Shown here piece by piece: positions 37,961 to 48,323 of a DNA stretch of 62,815 bases (the stretch's first letter is position 1; every line of letters begins with the position of its first letter). A program made the position numbers and the translations under genes. This stretch comes from Candidatus Woesearchaeota archaeon (lineage in GTDB: Archaea > Nanobdellota > Nanobdellia > Woesearchaeales > JAGVYU01), in contig JAZDHV010000027.1 of assembly GCA_043805595.1 (NCBI GenBank), positions 1 to 62,815 on the forward strand. The letters are read 5' to 3'. The notes beneath the pieces were generated by a model, which was given only the letters and a program-made list of their open reading frames with translations, had not been told where the DNA came from and did not search any database.

Positions 37961-38057
37961 CCCTAAAAAGTGATATGCACTTTTTGGGACACAAAAATTC
38001 CAAAGGAATTTTAAGTGTTTTTAAGGTTTCATTTATAAAAAAATAAAACGAAACCTT
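37961..38057 (+). repeat. intergenic hairpin-module cluster related to the insertion at 9983-10168
   Basis: CCCTAAAAAGTG-atat-GCACTTTTTGGG, ACAC, AAAATTCC-aaa-GGAATTTT, AAGTG parallels CCCTCAAAAATGC-ttc-GCATTTTTTGGG, CACC, AAAAACCA-ATGGTTTTT, GAGTG. Confidence 0.6.
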
Positions 38058-38091
38058 TTTAAAGGGAATTCAAACTCTTATTATATATAAA

Positions 38092-38529
38092 ATGGGAAAA
38101 AAAAGCAATGGATTGAATACAGGAAAAAAGCTCATCAAGAGAAGAAATAAGTCTAGATGGTCTCATAGAAAATATCTTAGAAGAGTCCTCAAGCTAAAGG
38201 AAAAAGCTGATCCATTAGAAGGAAGTTCACAGGCTAAAGCAATTGTATTAGAAAAGATACAATTAGAGGCAAAACAGCCAAACTCTGCAATGAGAAAATG
38301 CGTCAGATGCCAGCTAGTCAAGAATGGCAAGCAGGTCACTGCATTTATTCCAGGGGACGGAGCGACAAAAATGGTTGATGAGCATGATGAAGTATTGATT
38401 GAATGCATTGGCGGAAGAATGGGCAGGTCAAAAGGAGATATTCCAGGAGTCAGATGGCAAGTCATTAAAATCAATGACCAGAGCCTAAACGCATTGCTAA
38501 GAGGCAAAATAGAGAAAGCAAGAAGATAA
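38092..38529 (+). CDS. rps12: ribosomal protein S12
   Basis: [15 protein letters not shown] and [12 protein letters not shown]. Confidence 0.95.
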   Translation: MGKKSNGLNTGKKLIKRRNKSRWSHRKYLRRVLKLKEKADPLEGSSQAKAIVLEKIQLEAKQPNSAMRKCVRCQLVKNGKQVTAFIPGDGATKMVDEHDEVLIECIGGRMGRSKGDIPGVRWQVIKINDQSLNALLRGKIEKARR

Positions 38530-38530
38530 G

Positions 38531-39130
38531 ATGACAGAGATAAAATCATTCAACAGATGGGGAACAGATTCTATTAAAGTGATTGATCCAGGACTCGTTG
38601 ATTACATCAACATTGATCCAAAGATTGTGCCAAAGACTGGATCAAAGAACACAGGGATAAGGTTCCATAAGACAAGAACTTTTATTGTTGAAAGACTCAT
38701 TAACAAAATCATGAATGCAGGGCATAAAGGAAAGAAACACTTCAAGTCCTCAGGCACATTAACCGGAAAAGGGCAGACAGCATACAAGATTGTTGAAAAG
38801 GCACTCACAATCATTGAGAAAAGGACAAATAAGAATCCTATTGAAGTATTTGTAAAAGCAGTTGAGAATGCAGCCCCAAGAGAAGAGATAATCACAATAG
38901 AATATGGCGGAGCCAGATATCCAAGAGCAGTTGAATGCGCTCCACAGAGAAGGATTGACTATGCATTGAGGCAGATGACACAATCAGCATATCAAAAGTC
39001 ATTCAATGCTAAAAAATCAATTGTTGACACGCTTGCAGATGAGATAATCAATGCATATAACCTCAGCGCAAATTCAGGCTCTGTCTCAAAAAAGATGGAA
39101 GTTGAAAGGCAAGCTGATTCTGCTAGATAA
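38531..39130 (+). CDS. rps7: ribosomal protein S7
   Basis: Conserved order after rps12. IVERLINKIM...KAVENAAPREE is S7-like. Confidence 0.9.
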   Translation: MTEIKSFNRWGTDSIKVIDPGLVDYINIDPKIVPKTGSKNTGIRFHKTRTFIVERLINKIMNAGHKGKKHFKSSGTLTGKGQTAYKIVEKALTIIEKRTNKNPIEVFVKAVENAAPREEIITIEYGGARYPRAVECAPQRRIDYALRQMTQSAYQKSFNAKKSIVDTLADEIINAYNLSANSGSVSKKMEVERQADSAR

Positions 39131-39207
39131 AACTAAACATTAAGGATTATTATCAATATTATTATTGATTCAGATAATTGTTACCAAATAATTGTTACAT
39201 TCTCAAT

Positions 39208-39612
39208 TTATCTTTCTTCTTGATTAAGATGACTGACATATTTCTGAAGTACATGCTTTGCCCTCAATTTGTTAAAGCCAAAACCTCCTAATCCGCTCAG
39301 ATGAGATTCCAAACCAAACCTATTAACATAACCGTTCCCGCCATAGTGGATTGTGAACAAATCTGCACCAGAGACCTGGACAACAGTCCCAGTAAAAGGA
39401 TCAAAGTCTGTCTCAAATTCTGGTTTTCTGCCCATTTCATTTGAGAAATAATCTGTGATAAATTCAAGAAAACTCGCTTCAATATCATCCATATTAAGAG
39501 GCTGTGTAGCTTCAACAGTTAACATTGGGTCACAGCAATTAAGACAATCTCCATAAGCAGTATAAGAATATTTTACTCTTTCTCTAGGCTTTACATCTGT
39601 TGCTGCTCCCAT
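39208..39612 (-). CDS. hypothetical protein (orphan)
   Basis: 134-codon ORF with no motif recognised. Confidence 0.5.
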   Translation of the reverse strand: MGAATDVKPRERVKYSYTAYGDCLNCCDPMLTVEATQPLNMDDIEASFLEFITDYFSNEMGRKPEFETDFDPFTGTVVQVSGADLFTIHYGGNGYVNRFGLESHLSGLGGFGFNKLRAKHVLQKYVSHLNQEER

Positions 39613-39666
39613 TTTTAATAGGATAAACTAATGATTTAAAAGGATATTCATTTTCAGGCATATACA

Positions 39667-40398
39667 TTAAATGGTTGCTGTTTCCCATAATATATCAAAA
39701 AATTTTTTATAAGAATTTGCTGCTAGTTGTTCTTCAATCAAGAAACCAAATGGTTTGTCCAAATAAATGATAATAGCCACTCTTTTTCCGCAAATTATTG
39801 TTTCTGTCATCTCTTCAAAATTCCTTTTTGTGGTCTTTACATGGGTTAATTTATATTTTTTATTTAGTTCATCTGCCCACCATTTTAAAGAAGAATGGAA
39901 TAAAAGCTGTGCTTTGATTTTTTTCTCGACTCTTTTTCTTTGAAAATTCTCCCAAAAGAAGTTCCCTAAAAGATCATGTGATTTTTGAGGTGAACCATAA
40001 GAAAAATATTCTCTCGTATCAGTGTCTAACATAATGCTAATTAGCTCTTTTACTCCTCTAACTCCCTGAAACATGGTTGCTTGTGGCTTTTGTTTTGCTA
40101 ATCCTTTTTTTGCTTCAAGTTCTGGCAGAATTTTCTCTAATCTTGCTCTTTTTTCATCAATAAAATTTAACAGATGTTTAGGCTCAATTGTTTGATAATG
40201 CTTGACTTTTCCCTCTTTTATATAAGTTATAAGACCTTTTTCTGAAAGAGAATGAAATGCTCGATGAACTACTGCATTTTGCAATCCTGACTTTTCAACT
40301 ACTTTACCAGCAGCAGATGATCCTAATTCAATCAAGGAAAGGAAAACTTTAATTTCTGCCCCTGTAAGTCCAATTTCTTCTAATATTGATGTATCCAT
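39667..40398 (-). CDS. TrmB-family transcriptional regulator
   Basis: N-terminal winged helix LEEIGLTGAEIKVFLSLIELGSSAAGKVVEKSGLQNAVVHRAFHSLSEKGLI. Confidence 0.8.
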   Translation of the reverse strand: MDTSILEEIGLTGAEIKVFLSLIELGSSAAGKVVEKSGLQNAVVHRAFHSLSEKGLITYIKEGKVKHYQTIEPKHLLNFIDEKRARLEKILPELEAKKGLAKQKPQATMFQGVRGVKELISIMLDTDTREYFSYGSPQKSHDLLGNFFWENFQRKRVEKKIKAQLLFHSSLKWWADELNKKYKLTHVKTTKRNFEEMTETIICGKRVAIIIYLDKPFGFLIEEQLAANSYKKFFDILWETATI

Positions 40399-40535
40399 TT
40401 TTATTTGTGATATCCTATTGTTTATAAAAGTTTCTATTAATAGTCACAATTGTGATTATAAATATTTTTATAGCTCTTGTCTCTTACCAGTTGTAACAAA
40501 CAGGTAGTAAAAATGAGCTACCAAGGAGGTTAAGA

Positions 40536-41381
40536 ATGAAAAATAAAATTGTAGCAATAATCGCTGGAATCGCATTAATAATTGCCCTAATTGGTTTATT
40601 TAAGGTTCCAGGAGAAGTAATAGAAAAACAATCAACATTTGACAAGATTCTTGAAAAAGACGAGATGATGGTCTGCACTATGGTCTGGCCTGAGAGTGTT
40701 ATAAAGGATCCAGACACTGGAAGATATTCAGGATTTATTATTGAAATTCTTGAAGAGATTGCGAGAGATGCAGATTTAGATGTAAAGATAATCGAGTCAA
40801 CATGGGGCGGATTTCCAGCAGACTTAAACACTGGAAAATGTGATGCTGCAATTGCTGGAATCTATCCAACAATTGGAAGGTCAACAAGCATCTCATTTAC
40901 TGAACCATTCTTTTTTGCTGGCAATAGTGGAGCAGTAAGAGCTGATGACAATAGGTTCAAGACAATAAATGATTTAAATCAAAATGATGTCAAAATCGCT
41001 GTAATTCAAGGAGAATTTGGGCATATTTATGCTAAGAAATATCTCCCAAAAGCAGAGCTCTTGGTTCTTGATAAAAGTTCTGACAACTCATTGCCATTAA
41101 CAGCAGTTACAAGCGGCAAAGCAGATGTTGGATTGATAATGTCAGATGTTGTTGATGGATATGTGAAGGAACATCCAGAAGTCAAGAAAGTATTTGATGG
41201 TGAACCTTACTCTACAACACCAATTGCTTGGGGAGTAAGAACAGAAGATCAGGAACTATTAAACTTCCTGGATAATGCAATTGCATATCTGAAGGCTACA
41301 GGTTTTTTGGATGCAACTGCAGAGAAGTATGAACCAGAAGGATGGTATACCCTTAAACAGGAATATGATGCCTTATCCTAA
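40536..41381 (+). CDS. amino-acid ABC transporter substrate-binding protein (PBP type 3)
   Basis: N-terminal anchor helix and family-3 SBP layout. AAGGAGG lies before the ATG. Followed by permease and ATPase genes. Confidence 0.8.
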   Translation: MKNKIVAIIAGIALIIALIGLFKVPGEVIEKQSTFDKILEKDEMMVCTMVWPESVIKDPDTGRYSGFIIEILEEIARDADLDVKIIESTWGGFPADLNTGKCDAAIAGIYPTIGRSTSISFTEPFFFAGNSGAVRADDNRFKTINDLNQNDVKIAVIQGEFGHIYAKKYLPKAELLVLDKSSDNSLPLTAVTSGKADVGLIMSDVVDGYVKEHPEVKKVFDGEPYSTTPIAWGVRTEDQELLNFLDNAIAYLKATGFLDATAEKYEPEGWYTLKQEYDALS

Positions 41382-41389
41382 AAAAATGA

Positions 41390-42061
41390 GTGGGGAAGAT
41401 GGTAAGTTACAATTGGGATTTCAGTGTTATACTAGCACACAAGCAAGCAATACTCAGTGGAGTAGTAATTACCCTTGAACTTACACTTCTTTCCATTTTT
41501 TTTGGATCACTGATTGGACTTGGATTAGCACTGTTGAAATCATCTAAAAATAAAACACTTAGATATATTTCAGCATCAATTATTGAAATTTTTAGGGACT
41601 TACCATTACTTGTACTATTGGTATGGTTATTTTACACATTACCACCAGTTATTGGAATACAAATATCTGCGTTTGCAACTGCAATTATAGCGCTTGCATT
41701 AAATTTAGGAGCATTTTCAGCAGAAATATTCAGAGCTGGTTTCAACAGTGTACATAAAGGCCAAACTGAAGCTGCCAAAGTACTAGGATTAAAGAAATTA
41801 CAATCATTTAGACACATTATATTTCCTCAAGCTCTGAAAGTAATAATTCCACCACTTACTGGAAGATATATTGAAACTATCAAATTAACATCATTAGCAT
41901 CAGTAATAGCAGTTAATGAACTGCTACATCAAAGTCAAAATCTGATTAGTATAAGCTATAGGCCTTTAGAAGTGTATACAGTTGTTGCATTGATGTACCT
42001 TGTTATGATTGTCCCATTAAGTTTACTATTACAAAAGGTAGAAAGAAATGTTAGAAGTTAA
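41390..42061 (+). CDS. amino-acid ABC transporter permease (His/Glu/Gln/Arg/opine family)
   Basis: EAA-loop-like GQTEAAKVLGL..LQSFRHIIFPQAL. An ATG at 41399 is an alternative start. Confidence 0.85.
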   Translation: MGKMVSYNWDFSVILAHKQAILSGVVITLELTLLSIFFGSLIGLGLALLKSSKNKTLRYISASIIEIFRDLPLLVLLVWLFYTLPPVIGIQISAFATAIIALALNLGAFSAEIFRAGFNSVHKGQTEAAKVLGLKKLQSFRHIIFPQALKVIIPPLTGRYIETIKLTSLASVIAVNELLHQSQNLISISYRPLEVYTVVALMYLVMIVPLSLLLQKVERNVRS

Positions 42062-42731
42062 AAATATCATAAAGAAATTTGGAAAACTTAAAGCCCTTAA
42101 TAATGTTAATTTTACAATTAACAAAGGAGAGGTTTTAGTAATTGTTGGTCCAAGTGGGTGCGGAAAAACAACACTTCTTCGGTGTTTAAAAGGCTTGGAA
42201 GAAATCAATAGTGGAGCTATTTTATTCCAAGAAGGAGAAAAAGAAAAAATCGGTTTAGTGTTCCAAGAGTTTCATATATGGAATAATATGAATGTATTGG
42301 AGAATGTAATGTTAGCTCCTCAAATAGTACAAAAGAGAAATAAATCAGAAGTTTATAAGAAAAGTATTGAGGTTTTACGTAAAGTAAATTTGCTTGATAA
42401 AGTAAATAATTATCCATCTCAATTAAGTGGTGGACAAAAACAAAGAGTAGCAATTGCAAGATCATTAGTAATGAATCCAGAAATTCTCCTGTTAGATGAG
42501 ATTACTTCGGCTTTAGATCCTGAGTTAGTTGCCAGTGTTTTAGAGGTTATAAAACAGCTAGCAAAAGAAGGAATGACAATGGTAGTTGTAACCCATAATC
42601 TTGGATTTGCAAAGGAGATTGGAGAAAAATTCTTGTTTATGGAAAATGGACAAGTTATTGAATTTGGTGGAAAAGAAATATTTGAAAATCCAAAGAGTAA
42701 TAGGACAAAAAGATTTTTAGTGGGAAAATGA
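42048..42731 (+). CDS. amino-acid ABC transporter ATP-binding protein
   Basis: Walker A GPSGCGKTT, signature LSGGQKQR and Walker B LLLDEITSALD. Confidence 0.9.
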   Translation: MLEVKNIIKKFGKLKALNNVNFTINKGEVLVIVGPSGCGKTTLLRCLKGLEEINSGAILFQEGEKEKIGLVFQEFHIWNNMNVLENVMLAPQIVQKRNKSEVYKKSIEVLRKVNLLDKVNNYPSQLSGGQKQRVAIARSLVMNPEILLLDEITSALDPELVASVLEVIKQLAKEGMTMVVVTHNLGFAKEIGEKFLFMENGQVIEFGGKEIFENPKSNRTKRFLVGK

Positions 42732-43189
42732 TAAAAGAACTTGATGAAGAAAAGAGAAAACTGAGGCTTGAATGTCCATCAACAGATTTAAATGTCTCTC
42801 GTGTTGAGTTACCAATAAAATTATCCAGCAAAATATCAGATGAGAATGGAAGTATTTGGAAAATTCAAGCAACAAAAATTTCATTAGAGGCTAACTTTAA
42901 AAAAATGGCATCAATAAAAGTAAATGGTTTAATTACAGTTCATAAAGATAAGAGGAAGGTATTAAACAGAGAAGGGTTGTTATTTGTTCATAATACACAT
43001 AATGAGTTTTGGAATAATTATTTAAACTATTCTGATGTATATAGGGATTTGATTGGTTCAGATGTATACAAAAAAGGTGATGAGAAAAAATTTATAGAGG
43101 CTCTTAATCCTGTTAATAAAAAATTAATAGACATTGCAAGAGCAATGCTATTTCTTGCAGATGCCATCTATATCAAGCCCAGACATTGA
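42728..43189 (+). CDS. hypothetical protein, 4-nt overlap with the ABC ATPase gene
   Basis: 153-codon ORF with an ATGA overlap. No motif. Confidence 0.5.
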   Translation: MIKELDEEKRKLRLECPSTDLNVSRVELPIKLSSKISDENGSIWKIQATKISLEANFKKMASIKVNGLITVHKDKRKVLNREGLLFVHNTHNEFWNNYLNYSDVYRDLIGSDVYKKGDEKKFIEALNPVNKKLIDIARAMLFLADAIYIKPRH

Positions 43190-44117
43190 CCTGCTGGACC
43201 TGCCTAGGAGGCTCTAGAAGCGTATCTCCAATGCCTTTGCCAACCCAGAAGGACTGCTGGGACATTGCCTGAGCCAATAATTCAAGAAATGATTTCTCTT
43301 TCTGCATATTTACAAATTTTACAGTCATATTCAGCTCTTTCTCAAGATAAGCCTTGACTTCATCCTTTCCGCCTATTTCATCAATCAAGCCATAATCCTT
43401 GGCCTTAGAACCGATATAGAACATTCCAGTTGCAAGCTCATCAACCTGATCCCTGCCAATCTCCCTGTTCTCAGCAACTTCATCAACAAAATAATCCCTG
43501 ATAAGATCCAATTGTTCCTGTATAAGCTGCTCTTCAACAGGAGAGAGCTTTTTATAAGGGCTGCCTGCATCCTTGTATTTTCCAGAAACCAACCTTTGAT
43601 AAGTGATATTATACCTTTCCAAAAACCCTGAGAATTCAAGATATGACCCAATCACCCCTATAGACCCTGTTATTGACATCCTATTGGCAAAAATCCTGTC
43701 TGTTGCAGAAGCAACCCAATAGCCTCCTGAAGCGCCGACTTCCCTGATATATGCAACAGTTGTCTTGTTCACTTTTTTTATTGCATGGCCAATCTCTTCA
43801 CTTGCAACTGCACTTCCACCAGGACTGTTTATCTCAAAGACAATTGCCTTGACACTTGGATTATTGTCAGCTTTTTCAATAAGGTCAATGATTTCCCCTG
43901 ATACTGCATATTCAGTAAATCCAAATCCACCACCCTCAGTGACAATAACACCTTTGACAGGTATGACAGCAACATTGCCAATTGATATTGAAGATATTGA
44001 AGATGAACCTGAAAATAATGATAACATTCCTGCAAACACCAATGAGATAAAGCCGATTATCAATATTACTATTATTATGATCCAATTCTTATTAGATTTC
44101 ACTTCTTTTTTTGCCAT
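43173..44117 (-). CDS. sppA: signal peptide peptidase SppA (S49, 36K type)
   Basis: N-terminal TM helix, then IREVGASGGYWVA and ITGSIGV. Confidence 0.85.
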   Translation of the reverse strand: MAKKEVKSNKNWIIIIVILIIGFISLVFAGMLSLFSGSSSISSISIGNVAVIPVKGVIVTEGGGFGFTEYAVSGEIIDLIEKADNNPSVKAIVFEINSPGGSAVASEEIGHAIKKVNKTTVAYIREVGASGGYWVASATDRIFANRMSITGSIGVIGSYLEFSGFLERYNITYQRLVSGKYKDAGSPYKKLSPVEEQLIQEQLDLIRDYFVDEVAENREIGRDQVDELATGMFYIGSKAKDYGLIDEIGGKDEVKAYLEKELNMTVKFVNMQKEKSFLELLAQAMSQQSFWVGKGIGDTLLEPPRQVQQVNVWA

Positions 44118-44169
44118 TGTATATTGTCTAAATATATTCTCTAAGATATATAACATATAAATGTTTTGT

Positions 44170-44652
44170 TTAATGCATAGCAATATTTTCAACCACTTTT
44201 GTCTTTGAAAATATATCGCTCAGCCTTTTATGGTCTTTCCTGAGTATCATCAGGATAGGGTCAATTATCTGAATCAGGTTAAATGGGATGATTGGAATCA
44301 AATAAATGTTTCTTAAGCTAACTTGCCATAATGTAAGCTTTTCTTTTTCTGACTCAATATATATGTTCATTATCAATTTCCCGATGCTCTGATTAATCAG
44401 ATATTCCAAAGCTGTGAAGTAGATGAAGAAAATGATAAATTCAACAATCTCAACAATGAAAAGCATATTGAAAAGTGATGGATTCTTGATTATGAACATA
44501 TATTGATCTATGACAGATCCAGTATCTGGAATCTGCACTACATTCTTGAGAACTGCTACAATCGGCCACATTATTATCAATAAAATTGACAAATCAAGGA
44601 TGTAAGCAATAATTCTTTTGAATACAGAAGCCTTTATTTTCATATACCTCAT
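44170..44652 (-). CDS. RDD-family membrane protein
   Basis: FKRIIAYILDLSILLII at the N-terminus and three TM helices. The upstream part of the ORF runs into repeat copy B and was trimmed. Confidence 0.6.
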   Translation of the reverse strand: MRYMKIKASVFKRIIAYILDLSILLIIMWPIVAVLKNVVQIPDTGSVIDQYMFIIKNPSLFNMLFIVEIVEFIIFFIYFTALEYLINQSIGKLIMNIYIESEKEKLTLWQVSLRNIYLIPIIPFNLIQIIDPILMILRKDHKRLSDIFSKTKVVENIAMH

Positions 44653-44721
44653 TTTTGGAAGATCCAGATTAAGCCTTGGCATAAGCCAATATTTGATATA
44701 GATAGTATATAAATTTAATTG

Positions 44722-44883
44722 ATATGTCAGAAATATACCACTGGACTGCATGATCAGTGGACAATATTCCACAATCCATTTTTGGAAGGTGGTATATTTC
44801 TGAGCATGCTCAAAGTCGGCAGGGTGAGCAGAGCGAACATGCCAACAGTCTATGACTGGTGGTCCCTGCCGACCTTGACAAAA
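44722..44883 (+). repeat. Hairpin-rich repeat element, family 1, copy B
   Basis: See copy A. Differences from copy A fall mostly in hairpin loops (GTCTACATGAT versus GACTGCATGAT). Confidence 0.8.
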
Positions 44884-44910
44884 CTAGATTCAGCTAAAAT
44901 TACGAAAAAT

Positions 44911-44947
44911 CTGAAAAAAACATTTTTTGGTAGGTAAGGTTTTTAAG
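44911..44947 (+). promoter_or_regulatory. conserved upstream module, copy 3 of 3
   Basis: TGAAAAAAACATTTTTTGGTAGGTAAGGTTTTTAAG, about 120 nt upstream of the aIF-1A gene. Confidence 0.35.
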
Positions 44948-45063
44948 CAGAAATCTATTCTTGACCAATGATATAGTTAAAATCTATAAAATTCTATGAT
45001 TTTGATTTATTTTCTCAAAAAAATCAATACCTTTAAATAATCTTTTCAGTTCTATCAAGGCAA

Positions 45064-45423
45064 ATGTATAAAAAGAAACCTCAAAAGAAAGGAGGAAGTT
45101 ACAATAGAAACAGTGATCAGGAAGAGCAGGTAGTCAGAGTCAGGATGCCAAGACCACCTGAAGTTTTTGGATTACTTGAGCAAAGATTAGGGGCATCTAG
45201 ATTAAGGGTTAAGTGCTTTGACAGCAAGACAAGGGTATGCAGGATACCGGGAAGGCTGAAAAGAAGGCTTTGGGTAAGAGAGGGTGACATAGTCATAATA
45301 GAACCATGGGAATTTGGAGGAGATGACAAAGGAGATGTCATCTATAAATATACCAAAAACCAGGTTCAATTCCTGAAAAATAAGGGTTATTTAAAGCAAA
45401 TAGAGGATTTTGAAGATCTTTAA
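45064..45423 (+). CDS. eif1a: translation initiation factor aIF-1A
   Basis: S1-like core [38 protein letters not shown]. Confidence 0.9.
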   Translation: MYKKKPQKKGGSYNRNSDQEEQVVRVRMPRPPEVFGLLEQRLGASRLRVKCFDSKTRVCRIPGRLKRRLWVREGDIVIIEPWEFGGDDKGDVIYKYTKNQVQFLKNKGYLKQIEDFEDL

Positions 45424-45496
45424 ACCATTTCTCCATTAATATATCACTACTCAAGAATAGAAATACTTAAATAGGAGTTTGATACCACTATTAGGT

Positions 45497-45991
45497 ATGT
45501 TGGGGGAAAAATATATACAAGTATTGCTTATATTATTGATACATCTAGTTGCTTTAATACTTATCATGTTCAAGACAACAGGATTATTATTCAGACTAGA
45601 ACTATTATTATTTTTATTCCTATTGTTTATCAGCCTAATATTCCTATTCGGATTATTTTTTGAAGAAGGATGGGCATGGGTATTGGTAATGCTATTCTTT
45701 GCAGTAAATCTGGTAAATATTATATTTTTGAAGACAATCATATCTGACAATCTTATATTGTTTGGAATACTCATTGTTGTAGACTTTATCGGTTTTTTCA
45801 AAGCAATTGCAAATATTGGTGAAGAAGAGGAAGATATGGAGATCGAGCCTTATGAGTCTGAAGAAAAGAAGGTCGAGAAAGAGGCTCCAAAAGTAGAAAT
45901 CTACAATAACAATGGCAAGAAATCACCTTCAAAGAAATCAAAGAATACTGTAAAGAAGAAAGCCAAGAAAAAGAGTTCTAAGAAGATCTAG
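45497..45991 (+). CDS. membrane protein with a Lys-rich C-terminal tail (hypothetical)
   Basis: Four hydrophobic helices, then an acidic and a KKKAKKK tail. The antisense ORF at 45451-45801 was judged spurious. Confidence 0.55.
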   Translation: MLGEKYIQVLLILLIHLVALILIMFKTTGLLFRLELLLFLFLLFISLIFLFGLFFEEGWAWVLVMLFFAVNLVNIIFLKTIISDNLILFGILIVVDFIGFFKAIANIGEEEEDMEIEPYESEEKKVEKEAPKVEIYNNNGKKSPSKKSKNTVKKKAKKKSSKKI

Positions 45992-46046
45992 GAAGAAATA
46001 AAATACAATAGAATAACATTATTTTTTAATAAGAATATTTTATTAA

Positions 46047-46508
46047 CTATTTCCTGAACAAACTAACCAATAAAACAATAGCACCGATACTGATAGCAGA
46101 ATCAGCCATGTTAAAAGCAGGGAAATAATCAAAGATTATGTAAAAGCTGATGAAATCAGTGACATAGCCAAGAATGATCCTGTCAATTAGATTCCCGACT
46201 GCACCGCCAATTATCAATGAAAAGGATACAATATACCATCTGTCCTTTATGATCTTGTCATAATTAAAGAGGATTATGCCTATTATTATCAAAGATATCC
46301 AGATCAGCAAGGAATTAAAATTCTCAAGTATTGAGAATCCAGCTCCTGTATTTGTAATATGCCTGATAAAAAAGAATTTACTGATGATTGTAATATTTTC
46401 ACCAATAGAAAGATTTGATCTTATCAAGAATTTGGTAATTTGATCAATTATTATTATTGAAATCACTACTATAAAGAAAACTAAGTGATTATTTGATTTT
46501 TTTACCAT
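46047..46508 (-). CDS. lspA: lipoprotein signal peptidase (signal peptidase II)
   Basis: DQITKFL, NTGAGFS, GGAVGNLIDR and FPAFNMADSAISIG match LspA conserved blocks. Confidence 0.85.
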   Translation of the reverse strand: MVKKSNNHLVFFIVVISIIIIDQITKFLIRSNLSIGENITIISKFFFIRHITNTGAGFSILENFNSLLIWISLIIIGIILFNYDKIIKDRWYIVSFSLIIGGAVGNLIDRIILGYVTDFISFYIIFDYFPAFNMADSAISIGAIVLLVSLFRK

Positions 46509-46567
46509 AAAAAAAGACCTAGAAGCTGATATTTATAATAGTTTCTACATGAACCTGATAATGAATT

Positions 46568-47008
46568 TCACCATCTCCTCTGATAGGATTTCTGCTCTTC
46601 CTGCAACGCAACTCTTTCAATATTCCTTAATCTCTGGTCAATGCTGTCCAGGTGAGCTGCCAAAGCATCAATCTTACTTGATACAATCTCAATGTTCTTG
46701 GAACTGATGATGTCAGGACCTGACATAGAACCTGAAATGCCATGTGATTGTTCAACAGGCTTGAAAGGATTTGCAGATGCAGCGAATGAAGGAGTTGAAA
46801 TATCAGGCTGGCCAAACTGATTGGACATTGGCGATGAAACAGGCATTTGATATTGATTAGCCCTTCCAAAAGGAGGAGTCTCTTTAGGCCCCATATCCAT
46901 GTCCAGATCACTGCCAAACTCTCCTGGCAGAGGAGGAAGGCTGTCCAACTCATTGCCTATATCTGAAGCAGGCTTTTTCCAAAACATTAATTTACCTAAT
47001 ATTGACAT
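46568..47008 (-). CDS. hypothetical protein (Pro-rich N-terminal half, C-terminal coiled coil)
   Basis: 146-codon ORF with no motif. Confidence 0.5.
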   Translation of the reverse strand: MSILGKLMFWKKPASDIGNELDSLPPLPGEFGSDLDMDMGPKETPPFGRANQYQMPVSSPMSNQFGQPDISTPSFAASANPFKPVEQSHGISGSMSGPDIISSKNIEIVSSKIDALAAHLDSIDQRLRNIERVALQEEQKSYQRRW

Positions 47009-47091
47009 GTTACCCCTCTTGTTAATTATAACAATTATGTTAGATAATATATAAAGTTTTTGTTATGATGCCTGTCTGAAACCCTTTATGA

Positions 47092-47781
47092 TTATGCACT
47101 AATCGGAATCCAAGATATAGGTATAATCTTAATCAGCTTGAACATGATTGTTTCAGGGAAAATAATCATATTTCTGCTCTTCAATTGCTCAACAAAAAGA
47201 TTCTGGTTATCTGGACCAACAATATGGTTGGAGATGATATCAGAGAAAACATATGCTCTTAAAGAGGATATATCCTTGATATTTGAATCATTCATCAATG
47301 ATCCAGCATAATTGTCATCAGTCAGGACTTGATAGGCTTGGTCTTTTGTAAGATTAAATATGTCTGATTCAAAATTATAACCATCAATCTCATCCATTAT
47401 TTCAGTATTTATCAAGAACATCTTAAAAGCATCACCTTTGACCATTAAAAGATCATCTTCAGCCAATAAATCAGAATATGAAACTAATTCAGACTCATTA
47501 GCAAATGAGGCATTTCCAGAATAGGATATTATTGCAGATTTAACCTCATTTCCATGAACAAGCATAAATCTTGTCTCACTGTCCTGAAAATTGTCCTGAA
47601 AATCCTTAACATCCATAAATATGAATATGATAAGGACTGTGAAAACAACAAATATTAATGTTGAAATGATATGAATAATCTTGGAAAAAAGAGGAAATCT
47701 CCTCCTAATCAAATAAAATAAAAGATTCCATGCTATAAACACTACAATTATCCATAAGACTGCCTTAATCATTTCCTGCAT
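47092..47781 (-). CDS. hypothetical membrane protein
   Basis: Two N-terminal TM helices followed by a soluble domain. Confidence 0.55.
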   Translation of the reverse strand: MQEMIKAVLWIIVVFIAWNLLFYLIRRRFPLFSKIIHIISTLIFVVFTVLIIFIFMDVKDFQDNFQDSETRFMLVHGNEVKSAIISYSGNASFANESELVSYSDLLAEDDLLMVKGDAFKMFLINTEIMDEIDGYNFESDIFNLTKDQAYQVLTDDNYAGSLMNDSNIKDISSLRAYVFSDIISNHIVGPDNQNLFVEQLKSRNMIIFPETIMFKLIKIIPISWIPISA

Positions 47782-47876
47782 AAGTAAACTATACTGAATT
47801 GGTTTATATAAAATTTTCTTTAATTTCAGAAAAAAAAATCAATAAATATTTATACAGGGATTTCAATTATTTTGAT

Positions 47877-48323
47877 ATGGGCAAGATAATATTGAAACAA
47901 AGCGCTAAAGAAGTGAAAAGATTGTTCACAATCTCAAGAATCAAGAAAATTAGATATCATATTGAAGAGGTGGAATTGCCTCTGAATAAATTGTCAAAAA
48001 CAGATATGATCAAGATCATTGATCTAAGAGAAAGATTTAAGCAAGTTATTTTCAAAGCCAAGCTAATAAATATTTTCAGATATATTGTGGCAATAATAGC
48101 ATATGCTTCAGTGATAACTGCAATATTCAGTGTCATTCCATTTCTTGACATTTTTAAAATACTCGCAGACCTGATCATAGGAGTGGTCGGATTCACTGTG
48201 CTGATTGCAATCCTTACAATAACAACATTTCTTATAAATGTCTATGCAAATGAGGCAAATATGATTGCAACAAGGATGATCATAATATTTGAATATTATA
48301 GGATGAGTAATGGGAAGAAATGA
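47877..48323 (+). CDS. hypothetical membrane protein
   Basis: Start at MGKIILK. Two long hydrophobic helices. Confidence 0.5.
   Translation: MGKIILKQSAKEVKRLFTISRIKKIRYHIEEVELPLNKLSKTDMIKIIDLRERFKQVIFKAKLINIFRYIVAIIAYASVITAIFSVIPFLDIFKILADLIIGVVGFTVLIAILTITTFLINVYANEANMIATRMIIIFEYYRMSNGKK

Noticed and set aside
39131-39207. Absence of the elongation-factor genes (EF-2, EF-1alpha) that usually follow rps7
   Set aside because: This is a real observation, but gene-order breaks after rps7 are common in reduced archaeal genomes. There is nothing in the sequence here to pursue.
40484-40831. 115-codon minus-strand ORF overlapping the start of the ABC substrate-binding gene
   Set aside because: It overlaps a well-supported plus-strand gene that has a strong AAGGAGG ribosome-binding site. 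The product is low-complexity.
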